In this document: piece after piece, positions 26,261-40,439 of the stretch
Position numbering within the stretch: the stretch's first letter is position 1
Layout: each line of letters opens with the position of its first letter
Position numbers and translations under genes: made by a program
Notes under the pieces: model-generated
What the model was told of the DNA's origin: nothing
What the model saw: only the letters and a program-made list of their open reading frames with translations
The model's database searches: none
Source of the DNA: the human T2T-CHM13v2.0 reference genome, Homo sapiens
Reading direction: 5' to 3' (one strand)
NCBI RefSeq assembly: GCF_009914755.1
Contig: NC_060938.1
Length of the DNA: 64,000 nucleotides

Positions 26261-26681
26261 TGGGGTGCTTTAGTCATTATCAGCCAGCGGTGTGGGCTGG
26301 CTGACATAGCTCAACTGGGAAGGGGTCTCCTCCTTGGGAAGTCCTCCAGATGACCCCATCAGATACAAGGCTCCCACTGACTCCCACAGTAGGCTAACTG
26401 CCACCATGCTGCAAGGTGGAGCACTTTCCCAGAACTCTGTGACCTCCTCAAGTAGAAGGACCTTCTCTAAACCTACGTTTTGTATCCTGTGCCCAACACT
26501 GTACTAGGCATCCATTCATTCATTGGAGTGTGCAGCATGCCCTTACTTATGGAGGCCTCCACAGAGCTAGGCACTGTGGCAACTTCAAGTATATAGTGGT
26601 AAAAGAATCAGCAGAAGCCTTCCTTGGACAGAGCTCAGAGTGTGTGGAATAAGTCAGAAAATAGTCAGATAGAAAGATAAA

Positions 26682-26742
26682 AGGATGGATGGGTGAGTGG
26701 ATGGTTGGATAGATGGTTGGAATGATGGATGGATGGATGGGT
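26682..26742. repeat. (TGGA)n degenerate microsatellite
   Basis: GGATGGATGGGTGAGTGGATGGTTGGAT...GGATGGATGGATGG. Confidence 0.85.
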
Positions 26743-27049
26743 AAATAGTAGGTCCCAGCTACTTTACATTATGATATATACTATAAAAAGAAAGAAGAAG
26801 GGAGCTGTAAGAAGAGGTACAATGAGAATGTGAATATTGCAGCAATTAGAAGTGAGGACTCTGGAGTCAGAGGGCATGAATCCCAACTCCATCTCACATT
26901 TGCTGTGTGGACACAGGTGAGTTTCTTATCGCTGTGCCTGAGTTTCTTCACTGGACAATTTAGGATTAAACTAGTTTGTTTCTGTGGAAATGTTTAAGCC
27001 TGTTTGCAAAAGTAAATGTTGGCTGTTATTGTTAAGATGTGTGTGTTTA

Positions 27050-27490
27050 GTGAGTCAGGGAGGGGGGTTCAGGAAAGACCTTTCTGAGGAAATGACCCTT
27101 GATAATTTAAGAATGAGTAAGACATGTCCAGGAAAGCACAGGACTAGAGAATGAAAGAAAGAGTGAATGAGACTCTGGGCTGATAAACAGCCTGGTGCAT
27201 TCCAGGACTAAGGGGTCTCAGGAGTGAGGGTGTGGGGGCGGAGGGGAAATAGTCAAGAACCCTTGGGGAGGCCAGCTGGTCAGTTCCTTTAGGGTGTCAC
27301 AGGCAATAACAAGGAACTTACCTTTGGCTTGGGTTCTGGGAAGCCCCTGGAGGGTTTTAGGTAGAGGAGGACTGTCTTTCTTTCTAGTTTCGCTGGCAGG
27401 TCAGTGGAGAACAGGTGGCAGTGTCAGGCAGGGAGGCCTGGGGGGAGGGTGGGCAGGGGCCCGCAGTGATGTGGATGTGGTATGGAGACA
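27050..27490 (-). mobile_element. L2 fragment
   Basis: CAGGAAAGACCTTTCTGAGGAAATGAC...GGGAAGCCCCTGGAGGGTTTTAG typical of L2. Confidence 0.55.
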
Positions 27491-27539
27491 CAGCTGATGA
27501 CACTGAATGCAGCTTCTTATGAGAATCAGAAAAATAGAG

Positions 27540-27571
27540 CACGCACACACACACACACACACACACGCACA
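27540..27571. repeat. (CA)n microsatellite
   Basis: CACG(CA)11CGCACA. Confidence 0.9.
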
Positions 27572-27779
27572 AAACTCCTTGTCTAAGGCACACCCAGCCC
27601 AGGTGCCAGGGAACAGGAATGTGGAGCGGACTTGAGTTGGGCTCAGTTTGCACTACCGCCCTTTCTCAGGAGCCCTTCACACACACACTCAATGTCTTTG
27701 TGCAGATAGGTGTGGAGCAGAGAAGCCAGGTAAAGCTTCCTTGATAGGATGGAGGAATTGAGGGCCCTAAGACTGGGTT

Positions 27780-28110
27780 TGCAGAAGGACGATGTCCAGC
27801 AGAGAGATGGGGATTCTCCTGCTTTCCACAGAGGAAAGGATGGGGTGTGTGCTCTCAGGCTGTGTAAGGCATGAGGGTCTTGACGGCAGTCTTTGAGGAC
27901 AAATGCAGGAGGCCAGTGAGGGCTCCCAAAACCATGAGAAGAGAGAATGGTAGATAGCACTAGGGGTGGGGAGCCTGGAGAAGAAGGTTAAGATACCCAA
28001 GGTCACTGTTCTCAAACACTTGAAGGGCTGTTACTAGTACAAGAAGTTCAATGGTCCTGCATGGTGGTGATAAGATTAAGGGACAATGAATGAAGCTGCA
28101 AAGGGACTGA
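27780..28110 (+). mobile_element. L3/CR1 fragment
   Basis: AGCCTGGAGAAGAAGG...TTCTCAAACACTTGAAGGGCTGT resembles the CR1 RT 3' end. Confidence 0.5.
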
Positions 28111-28139
28111 TTGTTTTATTCTTAAAATAGAACTACTGT

Positions 28140-28443
28140 AGCTGAGTTCAGTGTCTCACATATATAATTCCAACACCAAGAGGCCAAGGCGGGAGGATTG
28201 CTTGAGCTCAAGAGTTCAAGGCCAGCCTGGGCAACATAGAGAGACTCTGTCTCTACAAATTATACTAATAAAAAAATTAGCCAGATGTGGTGATGTGTGC
28301 CTGTGGTCCCAGCTACTTGGGAGGCTGAGGCAGGAGAACTGCCTGACCTGGAGGTTGAGGCTGCAATAAGACATGATCATGCCAGTGCTCTCCAAATTGG
28401 GCGACAGAGGAATACCTTGTCTGCAAAACAAAAACAAAAAAAA
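28140..28443 (+). mobile_element. AluJ
   Basis: GGGAGGATTGCTTGAGCTCAAGAGTTCAAGGCCAGCCTGGGCAACATAG; A-rich tail. Confidence 0.92.
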
Positions 28444-28999
28444 GAACTAATTTAATTGTCTGAAAATGTAAGCCTATGCTTTTGCAAATGATGAGTTTCA
28501 TCATCAGTGAAGGTGTTCAGGTAAAGGCTGGGGACCATCTATTGAGCAATGCTGTAAGAGAAGAAAGTTATCTTTGGAAGCATCCAAAGACAGCTTGAGG
28601 TTGGCCTCTCTTGTTCCCTTCCAAACATGATGCTCTGGGCTTCCAAATGTCCAGTCCTCTCCATACTCTTCTGATTGGGTGAATGAGATTGAGTGAGAGG
28701 AATCAGGCCCATGGGCTTTGATTGAGTTCACAGTGGGGAAGTCTGCCCATGAGACAGTAAGAGAGGCAGGGAGAGCTGAGGCACCTGTCAGCAGTTATGG
28801 TTCAGAAAGCAGAAAGCAGGAAACTGGGATGAGAGAAACATGAAAGGTGAATGGCAGAAATGGGTCAAAACATGTGGTCACGCAGTAACCCAAATGAGTT
28901 ACACGGCCTGGTAGCCAACATACACACGAGAGTGTTCCAGTTTTCAGACTTTTACTCATTTAAAAATGAAAAACACATTTTCAATATAAAAGTAGCTTA

Positions 29000-30612
29000 T
29001 GTGCCAAAATAATTCAACTGGGGGAAAGAATCATGGTTCCAACAAGTGGTGTTGGGAAAACTGGATATCCACACTGAATATGCAAAGAAATAAAGCCAGG
29101 CCCCTATTTCGCAGCATGTTTGAAAATTAACTCAAAATTCACCATAAGTGTGAATGTAAGACTAAAACTACAAAATTCGTAGAAGGCAAGAGAGAAGTGT
29201 ATCTTCATAACCTTGGATTCAGCAATGGTTTCTTAGATATGACATCAAAAGCAAAAGAAATAAAAGAAAAAAATAGAAAAAATGGGCTTCATCAAAAATA
29301 AACATTTTGTCCTTCAAAGGATGTCCTCAGGAAAGTAAAGACAGGCCCCAAAATGGGAAAATTTATTTGCAAACTATATATCTGTTAAGGGACTTGTATT
29401 CAAACTGTATAGATAACTTGACAATTCAACCGGAACCCAACTGAATATGAAAAAATGATTTGCATTGACATTTTTTAAAAGAAAGTGTACAAATGGCAAC
29501 AAGCACACAAAAATGTGCTCAACATCCTGAGTCCTTAAGGAAGTTTGAATCAAAACTACAATGGATACCATTTCACACTTACAGGTATGGCTATAACCAA
29601 AAAGGTAAACCATAACAAGTGTTGGAGAGAATGTATAGAAATTGGAGTCCTTGGCTGGGTTTGGTGGCTCACATCTGTAATCTCAGTACCTTGAGAGGCC
29701 AAGGTAGGTGGACCACTTGAAGTCAGAAGTTCGAGACCAGCCTGGCCAACAAAGCAAAACCCCATCTCTACTAGAAATACAAAAATTAGCTGGACATGCT
29801 GATGCACGCCTGTAATCCCAGGTGCTTAGGAGGACGAGTCATGAGAATCTCTTGAGCCTGGGAGGTGGAGGTTGCAGTGAGCTGAGTTTGCACCATTACA
29901 CTCCAGCCTGGACAACAGAGTGAGACTCTGTCTCAAAAAGAAATGGGAGCCCTCATGCATAGCTGGTGGGAATGTAAAATGGTAGAACTGCTTTGGAAAA
30001 CAGTTTTCAGTACATCAAAAGTCTAAACATAGAGCTACCATATGATCTGGCAATTCCACACTAAGGTGCATACTCAAAAAAAAAAAAAAAAGAAAAGAAA
30101 ACATATCCACATTAAATGATATACATGAATGTAGCAACATTATTCATAATCACCAAAAAGTAGAAACAACCCAAATACCCATCAACAGATATATAGATAA
30201 ACAAAATATGGTATATCCATAAGATGGAACATTTTCCAGTCATGAAAAGGAATGAAATACTGATACATACTATAAGGGAATTGACTCTTGAAAATATTAT
30301 GCTAGGTTAAAGAAGTCAGATACAAAATACCTCATATTATAAGATTCCATTACATGAAATGTTCCAGTTAGGCAAATCCATACCAACAGAAAGTAAATTA
30401 GTGGTTGCTAGGAGCTGGTGGGAGTGAAGAATGAAGAGCGATTGCCAACAAGTATAGGATTTCTTTTCTGAGTGATAAAAATATTCCTGAATTTGATATA
30501 GGAGATGGTTGCATAATTTTGTGACTATATTAAAAAACAATGAATTGCACACCTTCAAAGTGTGAGTGTTATGCTGTGTGAATTCCATATCAATGAAATT
30601 GTTATTCTAAAG
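29000..30612 (+). mobile_element. L1MB ORF2 3' end and 3' UTR, interrupted by an Alu
   Basis: AACAAGTGGTGTTGGGAAAACTGGATATCCAC...AGAGCTACCATATGATCTGGCAATTCCAC...GGCAAATCCATA...GTGAATTCCATATCAATGAA. Confidence 0.85.
29653..29939 (+). mobile_element. AluS inserted in L1MB
   Basis: Full dimer, short tail; degenerate TSD GAAATTGGAGTCCTT / GAAATGGGAGCCCTC. Confidence 0.95.
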
Positions 30613-32339
30613 GAACAAAAATATAGAAAAAAAAGTAGTTCATATTTATAAAAAGAAAACTAAATGCACCGTATGCTTGTTGCTTGAACTAGAGGATAAG
30701 TCATATTAACAGATATAGAAGTCCGCATTGAACAATTTCTCCAGTTAGTTAGATGGCTAGTTAGATCGTTTCTGGACTTACTTTTGTTACTAATGCTGTG
30801 TGAACTTTCCATACACCCATCTTCATACATTTCTCTAATAATTTTCTCAACTTCAATTTTTAAGTTGGAATGCTTCAAAGACTGTTCATAGGATTTTTAG
30901 GCAATTGGGATGCACTGGAGGACTGTTCTTCATGCAGGCCATGCCATTTTTTATTGTCCCACCAGTGGAACATGGAATTAACTCCCACTCCTCTGATATG
31001 CATCTTGCTGGGTTGAACAGGTCCTTGCAAAGGCTAAGGGGCAGGACATGGAGACTTCAGTGGGAATTGCAGTTCTCACTTCTTGTTGGTTTAGGCCTGA
31101 TTTCCAGGATGAATCCCTCCCAATCATGTGGACCGTGGGGGTCTCAGCTAAAGAATAAGGAAGAAATTAAGTGAGGGCTAATCAATGCTGAGCCTTTAAG
31201 GCATCTGGAGATGCTGGGGATGTCAGCCCTGAGCCATCATGGGCTCTGAGTCAGGCAAATGACATGATCAAAATTACACTTAATCTCTCTGTAATTAATT
31301 GCAGATCTATAAAAACAGCATAATTGGCAAACTGTCCTACAATTAGCATATTAATACCATGACCCTTGCCAGGTGAGCAGCGTGGATTTATATGTGGGTG
31401 TTGTGCTGGGACCCAGGGCTATAAGGCAGAGCTGGTGCAGGGGGGTATCAGAGCTCCATTATCCCAGGGACTGGCTGCTTTGTTCCAAGACAAGGATTAG
31501 CGCTAATAATTTCTCCCCAGGGAAGCGCTATCTAAATCCAGGTTTTCTTCAGAGTCTGTAAATACAGCCAGAGTCCTATTGGGGAGCAGAGGAGGAAAGG
31601 CGCACGTAAGTAGGTCAATCCGAGAGCTTTTGTGTGCCAACAATGATGGAAAACATCAAAGTTTCCATGTCGCTTAGGCGATTGTTCTATTTGTATTGAC
31701 CAAGTAAGCTAGAAATCCAGGAGGGAGGTGATTGACAGTGCGGGAAGCCAGCAAGTCTCCTGCAGCCAAGAAAACCCACACACAAAAAACTAGACACTCT
31801 GTTCACATGGAGTTGGACATTCCTGAGTGCCAGGAAGGGTCCTTCTGCGCCTCTCTCAGCCTTGACTTGTTGTAAGCAGATCTGAAGGCTCCCTGCCAAG
31901 CTTTGAGACAGCATGGTTAGTTGCCCCATACCTTGAGCAATGAATACTCACAAATGGCTATGTTTTGAATGCATCTTATGATCCATTTTATTATAAGGAC
32001 ATGTTATTTCTGGAAGGGGTCCTAGTCTGACTCGACTTAGGTGATATTCTTTTAGGTAGGAAAAAAAAATAAAAAACATTGCAGGCTGCAGATCAGGGGG
32101 CCTGGGTTCTAGACTCATCCCATCAACTTTCTGTGTAACTTGAGGACAGTGAAGTCATCCCCTGTTACACGTGTAAGTACATTTAAAATTAGGAACTGGG
32201 CTGGGGGGCTTCTGGGAACACTTCTATATGAATACTAATTGTAGTAAAAATAATAATAAAACTGTCTCTAAAGGCAAACCTGAAAAATTTAGAGAAGGGT
32301 GAAAAAAATCTGCAAATGTATTATATGGCAAAACAATTA

Positions 32340-33525
<1,186 letters not shown>

Positions 33526-34179
33526 TGATAGTGAAAGTAGGGTGCTTTGATAAATTTGTTGGGACTGTAGGCATAAGTCAGGACTTTTTAGGAAGTATTG
33601 TCATTGTAACTTAGAAATGAAATACCTGAGATGTAGGTTCAGGGCTTTCTCATCCAGAACCCATGCTGCTCACCTATCCCCTCCCCAGCTGTGTGGAAGC
33701 CTTCTTTCTGCCAAATGGTCCAGCCTCAGGAGCTCTCACCAGTTCCCACATCACTGTTTCCATGGCCGCCATGTTTGGCTTGGGCCCTTGCATTTCTCCT
33801 GACTTGAATTGCTGGTGAGATTCTCTTCTTTTACACATTCTTCTGCCTACACCCTCTCTCTCTCTTCTTTCCCAAACTCCCTTTCAAACTTTTCAATTTT
33901 CAAAACTCCATTTTGTCCACACCTCTCTGGGAAGCCTTTCTTAATATTCCTGTTTCTTCCTTAAGGTCTCACTATCTTTTTGTTGTTGTTTGTTATCATT
34001 TCATCTTTTGTTCTCACTCAATGATGAGGTCTCAGGCAGGCGCTCATTGCTGTAACCCCAGATCCCATAACAAATCTTGTTACTAAACAGCATTCAATAA
34101 TATTTAAGAAAGGAAGACAAATCATAAGAAATGAGGAAGTATGGATATTAATGGCTGTGATGAAAATTAAAGATGAATC

Positions 34180-34350
34180 ACTCATTCATTCATTCATTCA
34201 ATTATTCAACAAATGTTTTTGAGCACTGCCCACGTACTAGGTGCTGCAACTACATTGGGGAATGAAACAGATGGTTAGTTGCTTTCAAGGTACTTGTTTT
34301 CTCAAAGGGAACAGATAGTACATAAACAACCAAATATCAATCACAAAGTT
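34180..34350 (-). mobile_element. L2 3' end
   Basis: (CATT)n then TTCAACAAATGTTTTTGAGCAC...CTAGGTGCTG. Confidence 0.7.
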
Positions 34351-34768
34351 TATGTACTATGAAGATGAGACTAAGTATCCTGCAAAAATGGAAATAATGA
34401 GGAGAATGAGCTAGAGACGTAAAAAACACGCTCCCTTTTCTGCCCGCCTGTATTTTATAGCCAAGCTCAAGTGTGTTGCGTCCTCAAGGAAAACTTCCAA
34501 GATGACCTCAGCCTCCTTTACTGAGATCATTTTGAGGCAGACAGGGCAGGAATTGTCGTATCCAATTTACACTTTCAAAGAGAGAAAATCAGAGCAGAAA
34601 AGTACTATGTCCTGGGTGGTAGAGTTTGTATGAAGAAAAGTGAGATGTGAAGCCAGATCTATTGATAAGACTTTCCTATAAAGTCTAATTAATTGGATCC
34701 TGGAAAGGATCATTAAAAATATAATTTTAAACATGACACTTATAATGTTAAATTACAATGTATGCAAA

Positions 34769-35280
34769 TGTATTAGTTTCCCGTGGCCCCTGTAAGAGAT
34801 TACCACCAGGTTTACCCTCTCATAGTTCTGGGGGCCAGAGGTCTGAAATCAAAATCACTGGATTGAAATCAAGGTGTTGGCAGAGCCGTGCTCCCTCCAG
34901 AGGCTCTTGGGGAGGATCCACTCCTTGACTCTGCCAGCTTCTGGTGGTTGATGGCATTCCTTAGCTTGTGCCACACCACTCCAATCTTCAGGGTCAGCGT
35001 CTTCAAATTTCTCTCTGCTCTGTCTCACATCATCCTCGCCTCTACCCATGTACCCATGTGTAGTCAAATCTTCTGCCTCCCTTTTATAAGGACACTTGCG
35101 TTTGTCTTTAGAGCCACCCTATAACCAAGATAATCTCTCCATCTCAAGATCCCTAACTGAATCACATCTGCACATTGGCAAAAACTTTTTTTTTTTTTTT
35201 GCCATATATCGTACCATATTCATTGGCTCCAAGGATTAGGATGTAGATATATTTGGGGCACTATCTTTGAGCCTACCAAA
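34769..35280 (-). mobile_element. MLT1C-like MaLR solo LTR
   Basis: TGTATTAGTTTCC...AAATCAAGGTGTTGGCAG...CCAGCTTCTGGTGG...TTATAAGGACACTTG...AATCACATCTGCA...GCCTACCA. Confidence 0.85.
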
Positions 35281-35494
35281 ATAAATACCTCTAATTGTAT
35301 TATCTCTAATAATTGGTGGATGCTAAGAATGTTAACCTATATTTTATCAAACGTGGACTCTGCCTGTGAGATGCCACCAACAGATGGCTACAGGCTCAGA
35401 AATGGAAAGGAGAAGTTTGAAATATAAACTTCCTAAGCTCTGATCCTAGGCTCTTCTCACCACTTTCCATTGGAGCTGTCTTATTACAAAAGCA

Positions 35495-35646
35495 GATTTT
35501 TTGTTGTTTTTTGTTTGTTTGTTTTTGTTTTTGTTTTCTGGAGTAAAGTCTCCCTGTGGTTGAAGCATTCCAGTTTGCAAAATAAGAAACGTTCCCTTGG
35601 TATGAGAGCTGTTTTTGTTGTTGTTGTTGTTGTTTGTTGTTGTTTT
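35495..35646. repeat. (TTTG)n and (TTG)n simple repeats
   Basis: Two T/G tracts at ~35497-35537 and ~35612-35646. Confidence 0.85.
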
Positions 35647-37567
35647 CATTTTGCCCAAGTTGGGGTTTTTTAATAGCAAACTCTGTGTTCTGTTGGTGCA
35701 AATTATCCTTGCTGACAATGATCAGTAAACACTTTTATTCCAAGATAGTTAATAGCTCCCAGGACCAGGGAAGTCATCTCTTTGCCACTTTCCCTAGAAG
35801 TAATAGGACCTTTTTTTATGAGGTCAACCAAGTTATTCCACAGGAGAGGGCCTCTTCAGATTCACTCAGCTGGAATTTTCTGGTTCCTGGAGTCTGTGTC
35901 TAGTCCTCGGCTGACTGGCCTAAGTCTTAGTTGAAGGGGTGTTGGGAACCAAATCTCTGGGTTCCAGTGGGTGATTCCAACCTGCATCAGGCTAATTGCA
36001 ATGCCATCTTCATACCAATCAATATGTTTTTTCAAAAGTGAGGTCAAAGTCGGGTTGTCCTGTTCTGTGAATAATGAATGCTAAATAATATTAATAGTTA
36101 AAGGATGCTAATGTTCCCAAAAACATGTCAGGTTTCTTTCTCTTCTTGCTGTCATACTCATCTTACTGATAATGTGTGAAAAGCAAAGTCTTTTTCCCTC
36201 CCCAGCTCAAACTTAATACAGTGCAGGCGAGCTATTTGTTCTAGCTCCCCAGAGACATCGGAAATTGATTGTAGAGGCTGAACACTCAAATTCGACATTT
36301 AAAGCAACGAAGATAAATTTGAAGATGAATTTACCCTGTCGAGGCTCAGAGGACAACTGATGAAACTTTTTATTTTATTCCTAACCCAGAAAGTGATCCT
36401 TACCCAACTTGTCATTTTCCAAAATCTTGATATTCAAATCAAAGAAATGTAGAATTGAATGCCTACCTGTAAGGGTTGTGTATATTCAAATCCATGTGTC
36501 TATCTAGGTGTGCTTTCAAGCTAAAGAATGGATTTGGTGAGTTAAGCTTGAAGCAGTGAGGCCTGGTGGATTCATGTTGCTTCTAGAATTCCAGCTTCAC
36601 CCAATTTGGACTCAATTCAATTTCACCCTAGTCATTCTATTTTACTGGCTTATGAAGGTCGTGAACAATTAATTTTGTACAAGCTTTGGAAATTCTTTAT
36701 TGTATAACACAGAAAGATGTCCTCTTTATACTCATCTTTTTTAAAATATAAAAAAAAGCATTCACAGATTTGCTCACTATTAAAAAATTTCAAAATAAAT
36801 GTTCACAAGCATATATTATGGCCCAAAGGCAGGGTCTGGATATAAAATATAATATAAGCAAGGAAACCAGAAGGTTGAGTCTCTTCAAGTTTTCCCATCA
36901 TTTCCTTTGACTTATTTTATTTTATTGTGCAGCATACACTAACCATGTGCATGGCCATAGTTTCTTTCTAGAGTCCTTGATTGTCCTAGATATTTCACTC
37001 TTTGGATATGAAAATAATTGCAAATTGCAACATCGGTCTAAGAGGATGGAAAGAAATGGCTTAGTTTTCCAGTGGAAGGCGGCAGTCCTTAAAGCTACAG
37101 CACCAACTTTCTGATGAGAGAAAAAACTTCAAAAAAACCTTCATTTTTCAAGGCAGAGATGTGGTATTATAGGTGAGTGAGGAGGATTAGAATTTCACCT
37201 TTACCTATTTACTTCTGAATGGGATCTTAGTGGACTCAGTTTAACCTTCTGAGATGTATGGCCTGTTTACCAATTTTGAAAAGCTGCTGGAAAGCTTAAA
37301 TATTCCGATTAAGTATGGAGAAATTTGAAGGTGTAGGTGGGTAATAGGAATATGAGTCTACATCAGATCAGATTTAGGTCAACTCTATCATGAATGTCTA
37401 CTAGAGGAAATAGATGTGGAATCACTTTGTAAATTACGCCACACAAAGCTTAATCTTGCCATTTTCGGAGTGAGGTGGGAGAGGATTTTGGAGACACACT
37501 CATGGTTTGAATCTTAGCTCTTCTACATCTTAATTAGGTGGCTTTGGGCAAATAAATTCATGTCTAT

Positions 37568-37935
37568 GTATTAATAAAGATATGCTAGACTGTGCTTCAG
37601 TAACGAATAAGTCCAAAACCCCAGGGCTTAATACAAGGCAGGTTTATTTCTTGTCATACTACATGGCTGTCTGGGATATACACCATATCATCACTTTGGA
37701 AAGTGGCTTCACAGAGGCTCCAGCATCTTGTAGCTGCACCAGCCAGAGGCACAGCTTCCCTGGTTGTTGCCCTAAAAGAGGGGATACATGAGGGATTGTG
37801 TGCTATTTATTCGCTGCTTGGACCTGGATGTGATACAAGTCACCCTTGCCTGCATTCCATTGTCCCTGACCACAAAGGGGCTGGTAGACATGGCAGAACT
37901 GATGGAATTTTTGGTACATGTCATGGTCTCTATGC
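37568..37935 (-). mobile_element. Old MLT1 (J/K/L-like) LTR inserted in a MIR
   Basis: TGTATT...GCTAGACTGTGCTTCAGTAAC...GGCTTAATACAA...TTTATTTCTTG; MIR halves on each side (GGTTTGAATCTTAGCTCT...TTGGGCAAAT | GCCTTGGTTCCC...TAAAATGAGGATAACAAT). Confidence 0.65.
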
Positions 37936-38225
37936 CTTGGTTCCCAATTCTTTAAAATGAGGATAACAATCTCTACACAAAAAGTCACTAGGAAAATTAA
38001 TGATAAAGTCTTTAAGGCATCTGCTAGTTGCTGAGTAAAATAAAGGCATTAATGTTGCAACAGTAAGACTGCCCTAGTGTGGTTCAACTTGTAGAAGTAG
38101 ATCAATGAATTTGGGCTCTTAGAGAAACATTAGATGATAATGACAACCCTGATTTCATAAAACTCAGTAAAAGTTATTATGCAATATTATTTTTAACATT
38201 TAAAGAACAAATTATTTCAAAAATG

Positions 38226-38553
38226 TTAATTAATTAATTAATTAATTAAGTTATTTATTTATTTATTGAACAAGGTCTCATTCTGTCTCCCAGGTTAGCG
38301 TGCAGTGTCATGATCTTGGCTTATTGCAATCTCTGCCTTCCGGGCTCGAGTGGTCCTCCTGCGTCAGCCTCTTGAGTAGCTGGGACTACAAAGTGTACAC
38401 CACTAGGCCCCGCTATTTTATTTTTTAAATTTTTTTAGAGATGAAGTCTCACTATATTGCCCAGCCAGGTTTCAAACTCCTGGGCTCAAGTGATCCGCCC
38501 ACCTTGGCCTCCCAAAGAGCTGGGATTACAAGGATGAGATACTGTACCCAGCC
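38226..38553 (-). mobile_element. AluJ with (TTAA)n/(TTTA)n tail
   Basis: CTCCTGGGCTCAAGTGATCCGCCCACCTTGGCCTCCCAAAG; diverged dimer. Confidence 0.92.
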
Positions 38554-38719
38554 ACTGATGATAATTTAAACAATAACAGGCATCATACTCAGATCTGCAG
38601 ACAATATGAAGGGAATTAAAATTCAGCTGCAAGCAATAGGGGATAGTTTTAGTTGAGGAAATGAAGAAAAAAGTCAAATTCTTAAGTAGCAACATTATGA
38701 AAACCACTAGGGCAGATAG

Positions 38720-39848
38720 ATATGCACCATCATTAGCCATTAGGGAAACAAATAAAAATCGTGGTAAGAGAGCACTTCAAACCCACTAGGATGGCTATGA
38801 GAATAATACTAATCTGATATATTGATATAGATGGATAGATAAGTATATATAGATATATATGAAATAATATTTTGATGAGAATTTGGATAAAATTAACACC
38901 TTGCCTATTATTCGTGGGGACATAAAATGGTGTGACTACTTTGGAAAATATTTTGGCAGTTGCTCAGAAAGTTAAACAGAGAGTTATCATATGACCCAAT
39001 AATTTTATTCCTAAGTGTATACTCAAGAGACTTAAAGATGTATGTCTACACAATAACTTGTTCAGGAATAATTATAATAGCATTATTCGTAATAGCTAAA
39101 AAGTGGAAATAATCCAAATGTCCATCAAATGATGATTGGATAAACACAGTGTGGTCTTTCCATATAATGGAATGATATTTGGCCAAAAAAGATATAAAGT
39201 TCTGATCCATGTTGCAAGAGAAACCATGAAAATATTATGTTAAGTGAATAAACCCAGACAGAAAAGGACACATATTGTATGATTCCATTATATTAATATA
39301 AAAATCCAGAGCAAGCAAAGATCATAGAGAAAGAAAGAGATTTGTGGTTGCCAGGGGCCCTGGGCATAGGAGTGACTATTCATGGGTAGGGTTCCTTTTA
39401 TGAGTAATGAAAATATTCTGGCATTAGATAGTGGTGATGGTTGTACAACACTGAAAATATACTAAAGCCACTTAGCTGCATATTTTTTTTTTTCTTTTTT
39501 GAGATGGAGTCTTGCTCTGTCGCCCAGGCTGGAGTGTAGTGGTGTGATCTCGGCTCACTGCAACCTCAGCCTCCTGGTTTCAAATGATTCTCCTACCTCA
39601 GCCTCCTGAGGAGCTGGGACTACAGGCACGTGCCACTACGCTTGGCTAAGTTTTTATATTTTTAGTAGAGACAGGGTTTCACTGTGTTAGCCAGGATGGT
39701 CTTGATCTCGATCTCCTGACCTCGTGATCTGCCTGGCTTGGCCTCCCAAAGTCTGGGATTACAGGGGTGAGCCACCATGCCCGGCCTTAACTGCATGTTT
39801 TTAAAAGGTAAATTTTATTGTATGTGAATTATCTCTCAATAAAAAAAT
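38720..39848 (+). mobile_element. L1MB-like 3' end, interrupted by an Alu
   Basis: ACCCACTAGGATGGCTA...AGTTATCATATGACCCA...TTAGATAGTGGTGATGGTTGTACAAC...ATGTGAATTATCTCTCAATAAAA. Confidence 0.85.
39483..39786 (-). mobile_element. AluSc/Y-like
   Basis: TTAGCCAGGATGGTC; 6-bp internal duplication GATCTCGATCTC; TSD TTA(G/A)CTGCAT(A/G)TTTTT. Confidence 0.95.
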
Positions 39849-40179
39849 GAGAGAGAATGATAACTTACAGGAGAGAGATGATCTGGTTTGTAGAATCTGT
39901 GAAGTCTTCATTTGCGGTTAGGCTTAAAGAATACAAATGATTTTTCCAGGGAATAAGAACACCATGCAGGCAGAAGGTAAAGTACGTGAATATAGTCTGA
40001 GAAAACAAATTTTGAGGGTTGTTTGCCCATTTGATCTTTTCTTTGATCAGCTATAGATGCACAGGGCAGGACTTCAGGAGTCATGTTTGAGTTTCATGAT
40101 TCTCATGCATCGTCCTAGTTGATTAGATCAAAGTAGTTAATTGGATCAAAATAGTTGATTAGACAAAGCTTGATCAGTT

Positions 40180-40439
40180 GGACTCTCTCTCAAGTTTCTA
40201 GGACATGACCTGGGATCTCTAGACACTGGGAAGTAGATTCTAAGTCCCGGCAACAGCAGAGTCAGATGAAAGGTGGTCTCCAATCTGCACTAAGTTTGAT
40301 TGCCTGATTCTTCCTCCTTTGGTTCCTAGATGCTCAGGTCTTCCATAGATCACACGAGACTTTCTCCATAAATCCCCCTTATTTTACTCAGACAGGTATA
40401 ATCTTGTCTCTCTTCCTTGCAACTAGAAGAACCAAAACA
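40180..40439 (+). mobile_element. Old MLT1-type LTR 3' part
   Basis: CATAAATCCCCCTTATTTT...CTTGCAACTAGAAGAACCAAAACA terminal pattern. Confidence 0.45.
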
